The notes under the pieces were generated by a model. That model worked only from the letters and a program-made list of their open reading frames with translations, searched no databases and had not been told where the DNA came from. From Vicugna vicugna (taxonomy: Eukaryota), in contig MU058844.1 of the NCBI GenBank assembly GCA_013265495.1, positions 248,001-312,000 on the forward strand: a stretch of 64,000 bases of DNA, given 5' to 3'. Below, piece after piece: positions 1 to 14,707 of the stretch (position 1 is its first letter; each line of letters opens with the position of its first letter). The translations under genes and the position numbers were made by a program.

Positions 1-714
1 CAAGAGACTGAAAAAAATCAGGTTATATAATAACCTAGTGAACCACTTTGAAATAAAATACTCACAAAAAGATAAACAGAAAAATACTTTAAACAGTAGA
101 GTGAAAACTCCTCCTCATAGTTCCTTAAGGGTCATTGGAGAAGGTCATTTAAGTCCAGCGCTCCCCTCTCCCACCCTCTGCTAACTGAAATAGCAACCAG
201 ACTTAATAGTAATTCGAAAAGGCGACTTCAAGTTGATTCAGAAAGTTTTACTTTCTGAAAAAAAAATATTTTTTATACACACACATATAATCTGAATTTT
301 ATCCTTTATTTGGCATCACATGACTTTAAGCGTTAGTATCAAGTAAATAATAACTTTCTAGGAACAACTAGAGTTCAGAAAGAAAATTTCTAAACAAAAA
401 TCTCCTATGGTAAAAATGCAAATACTGCATTTCACTACCCATTTATTATAAACCGTGGTTATCTCTAGGCAATAAGATTATGTGTAATTTCCATTTTTTT
501 AGTATCTTTCTAGAACCTTTTTTTAAACAAGAAATATGTGTTGCTTTTATATTCAGAAAAGAAAAAGAGCTATTTTCACTTTCAAAAATGTATTTTTTGT
601 TGTTTAACAACATTAAATAACAACATTTGTTATTAATTTACAAGTCACTTGCCTGTATGGCAGCTAATTTTCCACTTACGGTAAGAAATACACATATTTT
701 AAACCACTACCTCT

Positions 715-1190
715 GGTAAGTACTATAAGGCCCCAAAATGATCAGACACATCTCCCAAGGAAATGTGAGGTCTCTACTCCTCTCTTCGAATCTGAGCTTT
801 GGGGACAGCCTAACTGAAACAACACAGTGAAAGTTAATGCTTTGCCAGTGTTGGGATCCAGGACCTAAGAATCCAGCAGCTTCCACTTCCTACCTTTTGA
901 AACTCAACCACCATACTGTGAGGAAACCCCAGCCACCTACAGAAAGGCCTATGTGGAGAGAAACCAACAAGCAGCACCAATTCACCAGAAATGTGAATTT
1001 CCCACCCATCTGGGAAGTGGTTCCTCCAGCCCCAGTTAAACGACCCCAACTAGCACCAAGAGGAGCAGAAATGAGCTGTCCCTTCTGAGGCCCACCCATA
1101 TTACACATTCATAAGTAAAATACATGACTACTATTTTAAACCAGTAAGTTTTGGAGTAGCTTGTTACACAACAAAAGATAAGCAGAATAT
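715..1190 (+). mobile_element. MaLR LTR (MLT1G/H-like)
   Basis: Typical MLT1 3' end 'tattttaaaccagtaagttttggagtagcttgttacacaacaaaagataagcagaata' and internal 'cagcttccacttcctacc'. Confidence 0.7.
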
Positions 1191-1567
1191 CATGTTTTAT
1201 GTATTTGCCTTCACCTTTTCCCAATTACAACTTAAACTCTGAGGGTATGACTCTGCCTGTACATTCATCTTTATAGTCATTCCTTCATTCATTCAATAAA
1301 CATGTGAGGATAAACATGTGTCTAGCACTATACTGGATAGGTTCTGCAGGTACAGAGATAAAAATGGTCTCTACCTTAGAGAACATTATGTTCTATTTTC
1401 AAAAAAAGAAAAAAAATAGACAAAGACAATCACAGAGCCTTAGCAGAACAGCCAGCAATGGTAGATACTCAATAAATGTTGCGTAAGGAATGAATGAATA
1501 AATCAGGTTCTAAGAATGACATTGGGAATCATGTACTATCATCCTTTTACTGATGAGGTGTGCCAAT

Positions 1568-2253
1568 TAGCAAAGTATTACTTCTTAGCTCTAAATTCAC
1601 CCTCTTTACCCTGCTTTGTGATACTAGGGCTGGACCCTGTAAACATTTCTCTGTTGTCACATGGTGCAGTGTTAGTTTTCATCAACAGAGAGCCCTGGAG
1701 GAATGCTGCAAGACCACTGCACAGGAAGGGTCTTATCATTCTGGTCTGGGATGCTTTATCCCCTCTAAAGTATATTGCCAGTGGCATCTGGGAAACACAA
1801 CAGTGCTCACTCTCCAGGGAATTTCTCTATCACTCAGCAGTCTGCTTTCTGAGGATCAACTCTGATCCACCGACATTCTTTACCAAGTTTCTCAACCTGG
1901 TGGGCTTCCCTTACTGACCAGCTCCAGCCTGTAACCTCTGGCAAGTTCACTGGCCACCGGCAGGCTGCATACTCACTTGGCTGCCACTTTATCTCCAATG
2001 AGATCTGAACCTCAGCCTTGGGGGTGGGGAGAGGCTCCTTGCAAGCTCTTAGTGCCTTCATCTTGTATTCTCCTTCAGCCCAGAAAAAGCAGCTTCTTCC
2101 ACTTGCTGTTCCTGTGTTCCTTAGAGACCTCGTTTACTGTGTTAGTAGTTAACCATTGTTAATTTTTCACTACTGAATAATTCTTTATATTAAATTTTCC
2201 TTGTCCAAATTACTGTGTGCTTTTTGTCTCCTAAATGGATCCTGACTGGTGCA
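1568..2253 (+). mobile_element. ERVL LTR (LTR41/LTR33-like)
   Basis: 'cttagctctaaattcaccctctttaccctgctttgtgatactagggctgg' start and 'tttttgtctcctaaatggatcctgactggtgca' end resemble ERVL LTRs. Explains ORFs 1516-1917 and 1560-1865. Confidence 0.6.
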
Positions 2254-2751
2254 TGAAGGAATAAAAGGGCTCAAACAAATACAAGAGCCTGAAAAAGCAC
2301 ATTTGCCCATTAACACCATCAAATGACTGATTAAGAATAGAAAGAAATTGAAAGGGAAGAGATAATTTAAAAACTCAACAAAAATTGCTATGTCAATCTC
2401 ATTCAAAATCTTTGTCTAATCACACTTCTTAGAAAACCTTTTTATCTTCTTTTAATCTCCCATTTGGCAAACTTAAAAAAAAAAAAAAAAGGAAATGTTG
2501 GCACAGGTGAGACCCAAGGCAAGAAAGGGTCAGAACAAAAAGGAGCTGTAGCTAGTCCAGGTTGGATAATCTAAGACACGTGACTGCATGAGAACCAAGA
2601 ACTGGAATTAGAGACAGGACTGCCTAGTGCTCAGTAGCACAAATGGGGGGACCAGACTGGCGATGTTCAAATCTCAGTTCTGCTACAGCTGTGTGACCTT
2701 GGGCAATCTGTCTAATGATAATGACAGTACCCACCTCAAAGGTCTATGAGG

Positions 2752-4504
2752 GACTGAAAGAATCAATATTGTTAAAATGGCCATACTGCCCAAGGCAATC
2801 TACAGATTTCATGTGATCCCTATCAAATTATCCAGGACATTTTTCACAGAACTGAAAAAAAAATCCTAAAATTTACGTGGAATCACAAAAGACTCAGAAT
2901 TGCCAAGGCAATATTGAAGAAAAAGAATGAAGCTGGGGGAATAATCCTCCCAGACTTCAGATAATACTACAGAGTTACAGTAATCAAAACAGCATGATAT
3001 TGGCATAAAAACAGACATATGGTCAATGGAACAGAATAGAGAGCCCAGAAATAAACCCAAAGACCTACAGTCAATTAATCTTCAACAAAGGAGGCAAGAA
3101 TATACCATGGAGAAAAGACAGTCTCTTCAGCAAGTGGTGTTGGGAAAACTGTATAGCAGCATATAAATCAATGAAGTTAGAACACTCCCTCACACCATAC
3201 ACAAAAATAAACTCAAAATAGCTTCAAGACTTAAATAAAAGACAAGACACGATAAATCTCCTAGAAAAAAAAAGGCAAAACATTCTCTGACATAAATCTT
3301 ACCAATGTTCTCCTAGGGCAGTCTACCCAGGCAATAGAAATAAAAGCAAAAATTAACAAATGGGACCTAATGAAACTTAACAAGCTTCTGCACAGCAAAG
3401 GAAACCATAAGCAAAACAAAACGACAACCTACGGAATGGGAGAAAATATTTGCAAATGATGTGACTGACAAAGGTTTAATTTCCAGTCTATATAATAAAA
3501 ACAGCTCATACAACTTAATAAGAACAACAACAAACAACTCAATCTAAAAATGGGCAGAAGACCTAAACAAGTAATTCTCCAGTGAAGACATACAAATGGC
3601 CAATAGGCACATGAAAAAATGCTCAATATCACTAATTATCAGAGAAACGCAAATCAAAACTATGATGAGGTATCCAATCACACCAATCAGAATGGCCATC
3701 ATTCAAAAGTCCACAAACGATAAATGCTGGAGAGGCTGTGGAGAAAAGGGAGCCCTCCTACACTGCTGGTGGGAATGCAGTTTGGTGCAGCCGTTATGGA
3801 AAACAGTATGGAGATTCCTCAAAAAACTCAAAATAGACTTACCATACAATCCAGCAATCCCACTTCTGGGTATATATCTGGAAGGTACTCTAATTCGAAA
3901 AGACACATGCACCCTCAATGTTCATAACAGCACTATTTACAATAGCCAAGATATGGAAACAACCTAAATGTTCATGGACAGATGACTGGATAAAGAAATT
4001 GTGGTATAAATACAATGTAATACTACTCAGAATAATAAAATAATGCCATTTGCAGCAACATGGATGGACCTAGAAATCATCATCCTAAGTGAAGCAAGCC
4101 AGAAAGAGAAAGAAAAACACCATATAATATCACTCATATGTGGAATCTAAAAAAAAGAAAATTAGAGTACACTATGAATTCATCTACAAAACAGAAACAG
4201 AGTTGCAAACATAGTGAAGAATCTTATGGTTACCAGGGGAAAGGGTGTGGGAAGGGATAAATTTGAGAGTATGAGATTTGCAAATGTTAGCCACTATAAG
4301 TAAAACTGGATTTTAAAAAAATGTCTTCTATATAGTATAGGGAACTATATTCAATACCTTATAATAACCCTTAATGAAAATGAATATGAAAATGAATATA
4401 TGTATGCATATGCATGACTGGGACATTGTGCTGTACACCAGAACCTGACACATTGTAACTGACTGTACTTCAATTAAAAAGAAAAAAGAACCAATACAGG
4501 GAAA
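2752..4504 (+). mobile_element. 5'-truncated LINE-1 (ORF2 C-terminus + 3' UTR + A tail), inserted in a MIR
   Basis: ORF 3596-3967 ([35 protein letters not shown]) is the L1 ORF2 cysteine-rich C-terminal region, with frameshifts. TSD aaaggtctatgagg (2738-2751) / aaaggtctatcagg (4505-4518). Confidence 0.95.
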
Positions 4505-6349
4505 AAAGGTCTATCAGGATAAAGTGAGTTTATATACGTAAAGTCCTTAGGCTGGTATATAATCTAAATTTTCTTTCTAACCTCCTCTCTTCTTCAACAT
4601 TCTCAAGCCATTCTTTTCCTCAATGTCTTCTGATTTTGAAAAGGTTGGAGAAGACCTGTCTTGCTCCAAACACTGCTCTCCTGTACTCTTTCTGCCACAT
4701 CTGGCCTTCAACCTGGGCTTTGCCGACTTAAGATATAGAACATTCTCCCTCCTTAAAGGGCTACCATTTCTTTCCAGGCCCACAAGTATGGAACTATTTT
4801 TAAAAAAAGAAAAGAAAAGAAAAAGAAAGTGGGAGTGATATAGTATAGAGGACATCTCTTAATCAGCTTTCACCTCTTCCTCTGGGAACTGTCCCTTCCC
4901 CACTCCAGTTGACTCTGGTGCCCTAAAGGAAGGGCTCAAAACACCCTAGGCCAGACTCTGAATCTTGAGAAAAGTGGAGGAACTCAGCTACAGATGGTCA
5001 TCAGTGCCCAGAGATCCCCAGAGTGGTCTCCTTCCTGTCCCTACTGAGCCCTGGAATTTTAGCGATTCCTTCAAAGTCTGAGCAACCCAGTATACATTCG
5101 AGAAGTTTCTATTTTTGCTTATGTTTGCAATAGGTCTACTGCTTGAAGTAAAGAGCCCACCTATATATTTGACAGCCTTTAGTTTCCTCATCTGTAACAT
5201 CTCTGAGGTCCCTTCCGGCTCTGACCTTCTCCAGTTCTAACAACAGTGCAAGTCCCAGCAGATGTGCTCTGCTTGCTCTGTAATTCTCCATAACAACTGC
5301 ACCATCCCTGCTCGGCTCCCATACGCCTTATGTACAAATGGTGCAGTGGAGAGATGCTTTAAAAGGCTTATATTTAGGTTATAAAACCACAAGCCTCTCG
5401 TTTGCCACTTACTACATCTCAGCAGTATTATTTTGGTAACAGCGTCGCCACCCTCTCTGCTATGGTGCTGAGCATAAATAGAACATGAACATTTCCAGGA
5501 ATTGTCAACTTGGCACTTCTTACAAGGAGTTAAGATGTCTTTTACAACACTAACAAAAATAAAGCCGAAGACTAAAACCTGCCCCAAACTTCTTCTAGAA
5601 GTTACATTTCCTTCTCAATTAAAATTTACTGTCTGGAAAAGTACAATGTACTCTTTTTTCCCTCTGGGGAAAAAGTCCTTCAAAGAATCATATTCATATA
5701 CTCCTTACTGCTAAAACTGTAGAACAAGTATAAACACAGCTGCCTATTAAAATTAAGTAAAGGCAAACATTCCTGCAGCTAGCTACAACAGCAGCCTACA
5801 AGTTTGAACTATACCCATGAAAAGAGAAAGCTATCTTGCTAAGCATATGGTTAAACTCCGAGGCCGAGCCACGAGAAAAGCTGGTTATTGGAACTGACGA
5901 CTTTCGATAGCATGATTTAAGAGCTGCAAAAGTGGGACCTGATTGCAGTATCAGGAGAGCCAACACACTGTCTCCTGATCACAGCCAAGGAGAGTTCGTC
6001 TCTTTTTACTCTCAAGGTAGCAAGTTGGGATGGAAGCAACCCAGAGCTCTGTTCCTTGACCCCATATGGCCTCACATTAGACCCTACCCATGCCCCACCA
6101 CCACAAAAAAAAAAAAAAGGGAAAAATGAGAGAAAGTGGAGAGAGATACCAACCAGGAGTTAGACTTTGGCCAACAGGCAGGAAAGAAAAAGACAGAAAA
6201 GCCCCAGAGGCTGCATGTCTGGCAGAGGCTGGAGTAGGGGGAGGAAGAAGAAGGGGGTTTGCTGGCAAATAAGAGGCTCTGGAGCCCCACAGGTTACCAG
6301 AATTAGGGAGGAGAGAAAAATGAACTTTGAGAAAGTGTCTTTACAGGAT

Positions 6350-6560
6350 GTGATTCAGCAGGCTTTGAAGTCAAAGTGCCTAGATTTCAAATTTGGCTTA
6401 ACTCTGTTATACGACCTTGAGCAAGTGACTTAACATCTCTGTCCGATAAGGGTAATAATACCACCCGCCTCATCAAGTTATTGTCAGGATTAAATGCATT
6501 AATAAATGCTAAGGACCTGGAACATAGTGAGTTAAGCCCCCAAGAAATATTATGATTATT
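6350..6560 (+). mobile_element. MIR SINE
   Basis: 'ggctttgaagtcaaag...gaccttgagcaagtgacttaacatctctg...aggattaaatg' MIR core. Confidence 0.75.
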
Positions 6561-8370
6561 ATTTTACTACTATTATTTGAGGTTCTTGGTGAGACATAGG
6601 AAAAAACTAAGATTCATTTTTAATTACAAATAAAAACTGTGGGAAGGCAGACAAACTGTCTGACCAACCCACAGATGGACAGACTAAGCCAGTCCCAGTC
6701 TTCCCAGCTGGCCATTCGTGTCCCTCCTCTCATCCATCTGCAAGCCATCTTCCACTCCCTCTGTAGCTGAGAGCAGCATTCAACTCATTCTCTACTGGAA
6801 GGGTCTGTCTCCATTTGGACTTAGCTTGATCTACAGAGTGCACAGTACTGTGGATGGTCTGTAATTACCAAACAATGTGAACTGGCAATGAAAATAATTC
6901 CCCCAAATCCAAATTCACCAGATAATTCAAAACCCTCCCATCAGTTTTGTTCTATGAACATGTAGCCTATGTATCCCCAAAGAGCTCTAATGGAGTTTAA
7001 TGTTGGCAGCAGCGTCACACCTGCATGGAGTCTGAGATTCTAGAACACTGTTAAGCAACAATGTCCAGAGAATTCAAAGAATTAAAAACATTTGTGATTG
7101 CAGATTTAAAACAAAACTATCTATCCTTCTATATCTCCATTCCAGCCTCCTCCATCTTCCCGCACCTGAAAACAAGGACAACTCTTTGGGCAAGCACACA
7201 GGCTTGGGGAGGCCCACAGTTAGGGAGCAATAAGTGAGAAAGGAGCCATGTGCTTAATATGCTGGTCGGATCTCAAGGTTCTCAACTCTGACTGCACTTT
7301 AAAATAGCCTAGGAAAGTGTTTGCGCATGTATATGCGTGTTTTGTGTCTTTAAAACCACTGCCCAGATCCCACCTCCACAGAGTTTGGCATGAACTGGCC
7401 TGGGGAGAAGCCTGAGGATAATCAGGGATTTTTTTAAGCCAGAGTTGAAAAACTCTGAACTAAATCAATCCTGATGGTCGATAGGATGATGGATGTAGCA
7501 AAGCAACCCATACATCCACAGGAGGAGAAAAAAATTCACAGTGAGAATTTCTAAAAGAAAAGAACATTGAATCCATTTTTTAGAGTGATATGGAGGCATC
7601 CCTGCTGGGGAGAGACCTGTCACATGGTTTGCTATTCCTAGAAAGAGCTGTAGTTAACTGCCAACAGATGCATTATTTCATCAGTCCCATAAATACTCGA
7701 TAAAAGTCTTTTGCTCTTCCTATGTCAGCCTTGTGGGGTGGGGACTGGAGGGACATGGGGAAGGCTTCTGAAAAATGCATTACTGAACCATCAAAATTTC
7801 CTTTTAAATCATTAAAATTGGCACTAATAAAAATATTTTAGTAAAATCTCATCCCAGTATACCTCTAAAAGCATTTGAAAATTTTCCTCTTAAAATGAAG
7901 GAAAAGGCAATAGTACAATGTTTTAAAAGGCTAATTTCAATGATTAACACTACAACATGATATAATTCCATTTTAAACCCAGTGGGGAGCCAAGATTGCA
8001 CAGCAAAAGTCCTTAATCCAAAGTGGGGAGGCCTGGATTCCAGTGGTGGCAATAAATTACATTAACTAGCTATGTGATCATGGGCAGGTTTTCTTAATCT
8101 TCCTAGCACTCAGTTTTCTCAGAGGAAAAATCAGATGATCTGTGAGTCCCTCCCAGTATAAAAGTCTGGAGTACCAGCATATGTCTCCATTTTGCTGACT
8201 TGTTACATTAGCAAATGAATGTGTTTACAATTTAGACAACTTAAAATTAAGTCATTCTGGCAAGTCTGCTAATAAATTTAACCAGTTCCCAGTCACTGTG
8301 CATCCACTGAATAAGCAAAACAGTGAAGTATCTTGAATATGGCATTATCTTCTATCTGAACTAGAGCTGG

Positions 8371-8821
8371 TGAGATAGGCTGGGACCTGGGACCCTTTAC
8401 TGGAGTGCTTGCACCTGGACCAACATTTCCTCGAGCAACAGAACACAAAGAACCTATAAAAGACTAAAAATAACTGCATGCATGCACAGTTGGGGCAAAC
8501 TGTGAACAAGATACCAAAAGGCCAAAAGGTGTCAGGAGCAAAAGTAGGGTACTGCACATGATCCCTGCACATGGCACCACCAAAGGGGTGGGCAGACCAC
8601 CTAAGCCACCCCTCCAGCCTGACCCACCTATCCACCCCTACCCTCACCCCATTTAAGGGACCAGCTTGCCCTACCACCAGGGAGTAAGCCAGGGCACCTG
8701 TTACCTATTTTTGCTCCCTTATGCTGCAGCATGAGTCCTAATAAAATATTGCCTAAATTTCTCATCTGGCCTTTTATCAATTTCTATTGATTAGAGAGTC
8801 CAAGAAGTGAGTCCATTAACA
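8371..8821 (+). mobile_element. ERV1 solo LTR, MER41-like (cetartiodactyl)
   Basis: TG...CA termini, exact 4-bp TSD CTGG (8367-8370 / 8822-8825), AATAAA at 8740-8745, 451 bp. Family name from recall. Confidence 0.8.
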
Positions 8822-8914
8822 CTGGAGCCTTCCTCCCCTAACTATACCAGCCAGATGATGGTTCCTACCCCAAAGTCCTTGCTCTTTTAAAATGAGAAAA
8901 TACATGAAGAGCAT

Positions 8915-9332
8915 CTTCACACTTTTTGCCATATCCTCATACTATTATTATTTTCTTGGTATTTTTCTTTATGTCGACTCACTTTTACTTAAATAAAAGC
9001 AATATGTTTTAAAGGAACTTCATAAATAGAAAACAGTTCCTTGCCATAAATGGAAGGAAATCATTAAATGGATACAAGAAAAAGAAAAGCAAAACAACTA
9101 AATTCTAACTAAATACTGTTACCCACAGAAGGCTTCAAGCATGAAGAGCCTTTTCTGTCTGTTGAAAATTAGCAAGTGTCAAGAGATGTTACAGAAATAC
9201 TAGTACCAAATGGAGGCTTTCACTTGGATGTTGTCAGGATTGAAACAGAAAGAAAAAAGAAATAGCTGTCTCACCTCACGATTTAATTATATGCCCACAT
9301 AGCATCTAAAATCATTTTAAGAACCACCAATA
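8915..9332. mobile_element. hAT-Charlie DNA transposon fragment (MER113-like)
   Basis: 'ttttgccatatcc...ttgccataaatggaagg...aaattctaactaaatactgtt' resembles MER113. Confidence 0.5.
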
Positions 9333-9499
9333 TCATAGCGGAGCACACATCTCACATTCTGGGAGGCGCCATGACAAACGGTCAAGACTGGGCCTTTGCT
9401 GATCGGAAATGTGATTCATCTCTCTAGAAGGATGGTTATCGTCCCAGAAGGGCCTGGGCTCTAGCCTATCACTGGGGCTTCCACTTGAGTTCCTTTGCG

Positions 9500-9830
9500 C
9501 CGTGGTCCCCTCTGTCTGAAAGCTCTTCCTCCATGTATCCACTCTGTTAAAGAATTCAGATCTCTGCTTAGTGACCTCTCATCAGAGCAGCTTTCTCTGA
9601 CCACCGCACATCATTTGCTAAGCCCTTCCTTATCCACCACGCACGCTGCTCTTCTCATAGCACTATCACCATCTGATGCATTATTTGTTCATTTGCTGGT
9701 TGTCTGTCCCCATCAGATCATAGAATACAGTGAGCTCCAAAGAGCAGGAGCTTTATTTACTACAACATTCCCAGCATCCAATGTCTGGCACATGGCCAAA
9801 ACTAATATTTGTTCAATGAATGAATGAATG
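9500..9830 (+). mobile_element. L2 LINE 3' end
   Basis: Ends in 'aatatttgttcaatgaatgaatgaatg', the L2 tail. Explains ORF 9495-9827. Confidence 0.75.
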
Positions 9831-12800
9831 ACTCTTCTCAGTTGATCTGAGATCCTTCATGTGTCTCTATTACCTAATGCCTAGAATCCAGTTGGGCCTC
9901 AGGAAGTGTATGATAGTCAAAGCAGAAATCTGGGCTCTCTGAGGACTCTGCCCTTACCACAAGGAGGTGTCTTGCTCTGGATGCTGACCCACCATTTCCT
10001 CTCCAGGAAACAGGCTGTCACAGAGTGAACTCTACTCAACCTCAGTGGAAGTGCCTAGATAAACCACAAACCTGATGAACTAAGATCAACATTGAACTTA
10101 TCATACACAGAAAAGGTATGAATTCGTGGTATGATTCAAAACTTCCAGGCTAGAAATCTCTCTAATAAACCTATTACAATACCTAAAATTTTTGCCATCA
10201 TTACCCAGTAACTTCAGATGCATCTAAGTATATTTCTGGAAGCCAGAATATATCTCAAAACAGTGGCTGATGTGGCTCTGCATGATCACACAAGACCAGC
10301 TCCAAAAGGGACCGGCTGAGCCCTGGAGCCTCTGGGTAGAGGGGAAACGGGCCAGCCCTGCATCCTGCTCTAGTGAGTATAGCCATGGAGTCCAGGGCAC
10401 AGGGTCCAAGGCAAGGCCCAGATCAAGTTCAGACAAGGTTGTAACAAATGACACCCCCAGGACAGCTACTCCAGCAGGCCAGAATTAAGGCATCTGATGC
10501 TAACACAGAAGCCACTGAGCTGCATTTCAAGATATCTGTCCTTCATCCCTGCTGGTGGCTAAGAGAACACAAAGCAGAAATTCAGCCTAGGGAGGAGGGG
10601 AAAAAAAAACAACTCCCAAGCCTAAAAAAGATGGGGGTTAAAGGAGGGGTTGCCAAGCTGTTAAGTGGGAATCATGGCAGAGACCCAGTCCCACAGCCGG
10701 GGCAACGTGGTAGAACACGGAGTCTTCGGGCCCACAAGTCACTCCCACCACGACTTAAGGCTAAGTCCCACCAGCTGGTGAGACTGGGGCTGCTAACAAA
10801 CCTCCTTTCCAGATCCAAATTAGCTCAGGCACTGGAGCGAGCCTGTCAGCCTAGACAGGGCCCAGGAATAGTGGGAAGCCAGGTAGGCGGGCACATGCTG
10901 CCTTTACCCAGACTCAGCACTCTACTCATCTCCAAAATGACCTGCCAGGAGCCCAGAGAGCATTTCCAGCTGATCTAGTGTCTACTACGTGACCTTGGCC
11001 AGTCAGGGACACACCGTGAAGCGTTCTTTCCACGGTGCCAAGCTGGATTAAGTCACTTTAACGCCAGAAGTCCTCTTTTAGAATATAAGGGTTCTTATAA
11101 GGTGAGAAAAACACAAAATCAATTATCCATTAATATCTTAGGCTTTTTTTTTTTAACAAAGGTAGGGATACCAGTCATCTAGGCAGATTCTGAGAGAATC
11201 AAAGGTTTAAAGTGTTTTTTTTGTTTTGCTTTGTGCTATTTTGTTTTGTTTTGGGATTTGCTGGGGGCAGAGTTTATGAGAGTAGAGAGAATCAAGATAC
11301 AACTTGGTTCTTCTCAAAAAAAATTATGCCCAGAAAATAAATTAAAAGCAACTAAGTAGGATCAATCATCAAATAAGGCCTTTGAGGTAGCTGAGAGTTT
11401 ACAAGTGAAACACAAAAATTAACCAAACAAGTGAAAGGGAAACCAAGAATCTCTGAGAAGACCAGAACAAGAAAACTTTTTCTAAGATAAAATCAGTTCA
11501 TTCTTGGAAAAGGATCGACCTCCTGGACAAAGAGAAAGCCACCCCTCCCCATTCATCTTCAAAGCCTCCCAAGAGGGAAGCACCAAACCTATACAAACCG
11601 ATTAATAACTGCAACCAAAATGAGTAAACCGTCGGAAGAGGTTAATATATACACACACATAGACAAGTACCACACTTTCCTACATTCTAATTCCTCAAAG
11701 TTCAAACATGCCTTTACAAAAATTTAAATGGACTATTTAAAAGCTTATTAAAACTACTCAATTACAACACTAGGAAGCACTGGGGTCCTGGGAAAAAGGC
11801 CTCTGGGTCCATTCGTATTTTTTACAGGGACATTAAATTGAAGGCATTTCAACTCTGATATTCTCTCCAGGATTTTTTAAAAAACAGATTTCCAATTATA
11901 ATTAAAATTAAAATACTGCCATCAAATTAACTAATTTAAACACTGAAAGTTTAAGGTCCCAAATAAAAAAAGGCTGTTACCTAACACATCATTTCCTCCA
12001 CACCTTATATATATAGACATCGCTAAAATTTACGGTGTAATGAATTTTCCGTAACGTGTGGATTTTAAAAGTGATTTTTATGAGATGGAAAACTACCAAG
12101 TGAGGAAGGAAATGATAAACTCCAAATTCTGACTTTATCAGTGAGTGGAGTTGGGGGAAAGCTAGGATTGGGGAGGTGCACCAAGGAGTCCTCAAAGGCC
12201 ATGGTAATATTTTTTAACTGAATGATGGGAAGACAAGTGTTCACTGTGCTGTTACTCTTCACATCTTAGTTATATTTTGTAATCTTACTTAAAATATTCA
12301 ACAACTAACAAAAACTACTTTAAAAGTGAGTTTATGTAATTGTCATCATGGAAAGTAAAGAGAACATTATGTAAATCAAATCCTTTTTTCAGAATATTTT
12401 TTTCAGTAGCAGTGTTACTCAACAAGACAAACAATAAAAAGTACTTAATTTGTACTCTTAGTACAGATAGATTAGTAGCCAATTTATCGTGCCATTTGAC
12501 CACTTCCACATAATCAAATTAACATTTTTCCAAACACAACACAGATACACTCAATTTTTTCCCATTCCAACTGTTCCATACTGCTTACTTTTTAAAAAAC
12601 TATTTTTCCCTCAACTTCACTGTAACTTTCACCATTTGGTTAAAAAAAAAACGTAAATTTTTCTTTTTCTTTGAATGAATTGGAAGAAATTAATGGGGTG
12701 ACACTTCTTTGAACAACATACAACAGTATTATTGACAACATCACAGTGATTGTGAAAATTAAATTAAATATTTTGGAAGTAACAGGCTTTCAGTTTCCCT

Positions 12801-14227
12801 GTTTTGTTGTTTCCAACTATGTGTTAACAAGAGGAACCTCCAAGTCAAATACCAGGAAGACATTAGACACCATAACATTACTTTTAACATCTCCCCAATT
12901 CTGTTATTTATTCTGTTTTCTATCAAGTGGTAGAAATGTCTTAACTACATCAGTTTGGCTTTGTTCACATACCTGGAGTATTTAATTTTGTAAGGACAAT
13001 CCAATCTGAGAATATCTGTAGTCCTCAAAGGCCAGTTTTTTTCAGTATTTAAAAGCCTAAAGACATATATTTATCTGTAATTTGGCCATGCTAGGAAATT
13101 AAAATATTTTTGCTTCTTCCACTGGGATTTTACCAGGCCTTCCTAAGTTAACCAATTATCTCAGGCTGATCAAATATTCTGACAGATGGCATTAATAAAA
13201 ACAGAAGAATTAATCATGATACTTAATGCACGTGGTCTGGAAAATCATTTAAAATATGAGGTCCGTGGGGCAAAAATAATCAAAGTGGTCTTTTTTTTTT
13301 TTAAATAATCAGTTATATTGGTATTTTAAAAACAACAACAAAGAAGTCTGGGGACCTCTAAGTTGGGGTAGTTCTATCATTGCTATCAAAAACTCCTGAA
13401 AATGTTGATTTCCTAACTCTGCTAAAAATCTGCAAGTCAACTCTCTTTTTTTCCTTTTGCCAGTTCAGTTCTCTGCTCCTCAATCTGTGTAAAAAGTAGA
13501 AGTCACAGGAGGTGTTAACAGGAAACAAGTGTTTCATATCACATCCTCTTTCTGCTGCAGGCCAGGCTGATAGCACTAGGACTGCTTCTCTTTTCCTCAG
13601 GTTCCAACTTTCCTTAAAATCAAAATGAGACCCCAGTCCCCTGCCCCCCGTAAAATTATTGTCCTTACAAAATTAAATACTCTGGGTATCTGAACAAAGC
13701 CAAACTAAAAAGGACAACTTTAAATCAATGGCCTTTAAAAACAAACTAAGTCAGCCTTCCAAATAATCCCCTTTGGCCCTGCAGAAGAGCCCAGGGAACA
13801 GGTGCAAGGCGTGCCTTCCTAGAGACTGTCTCCTCCTTCATGAATCTGACCTTTTCCAGCCGGCCGCTCTGGCACCCCACGAATCAGTTATCAGGAAGCC
13901 TAAAGCCTGCTTTCCCATCTGCACTTTCCAAATGGCTGCTGATGCCAAGGGCTGAGATATGACCTGGCTCTCATCTGAGAACATGCCTCCCAAGTGACCT
14001 GCCAACTTTCCCTGGAAGCATTTCTAAATGTATTCTCTGACCTCCCTCCTCACCTTCTCAATCATGGTTCATCCTTCCTTCCTTCCTTCCCTGAACTGCC
14101 TAATTCCACCTCCTCATCCGGTCCCTTCAATGCCATGTGCCTTCAATTCAAACTCCTTACCCATTTTCAGAAACTGCTGATCCCTCCCAGCCTAAAAATC
14201 CAACTTCAAGTCCAAAGGGCATAGTTA

Positions 14228-14707
<480 letters not shown>

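Noticed and set aside
3596..3967. 123-aa ORF as a host gene
   Set aside because: Fragment of L1 ORF2 in a truncated, frameshifted element.
10448..10978. 176-aa ORF on + strand
   Set aside because: No recognisable domain, overlaps MIR-like sequence, antisense within the CRADD intron; most likely chance.
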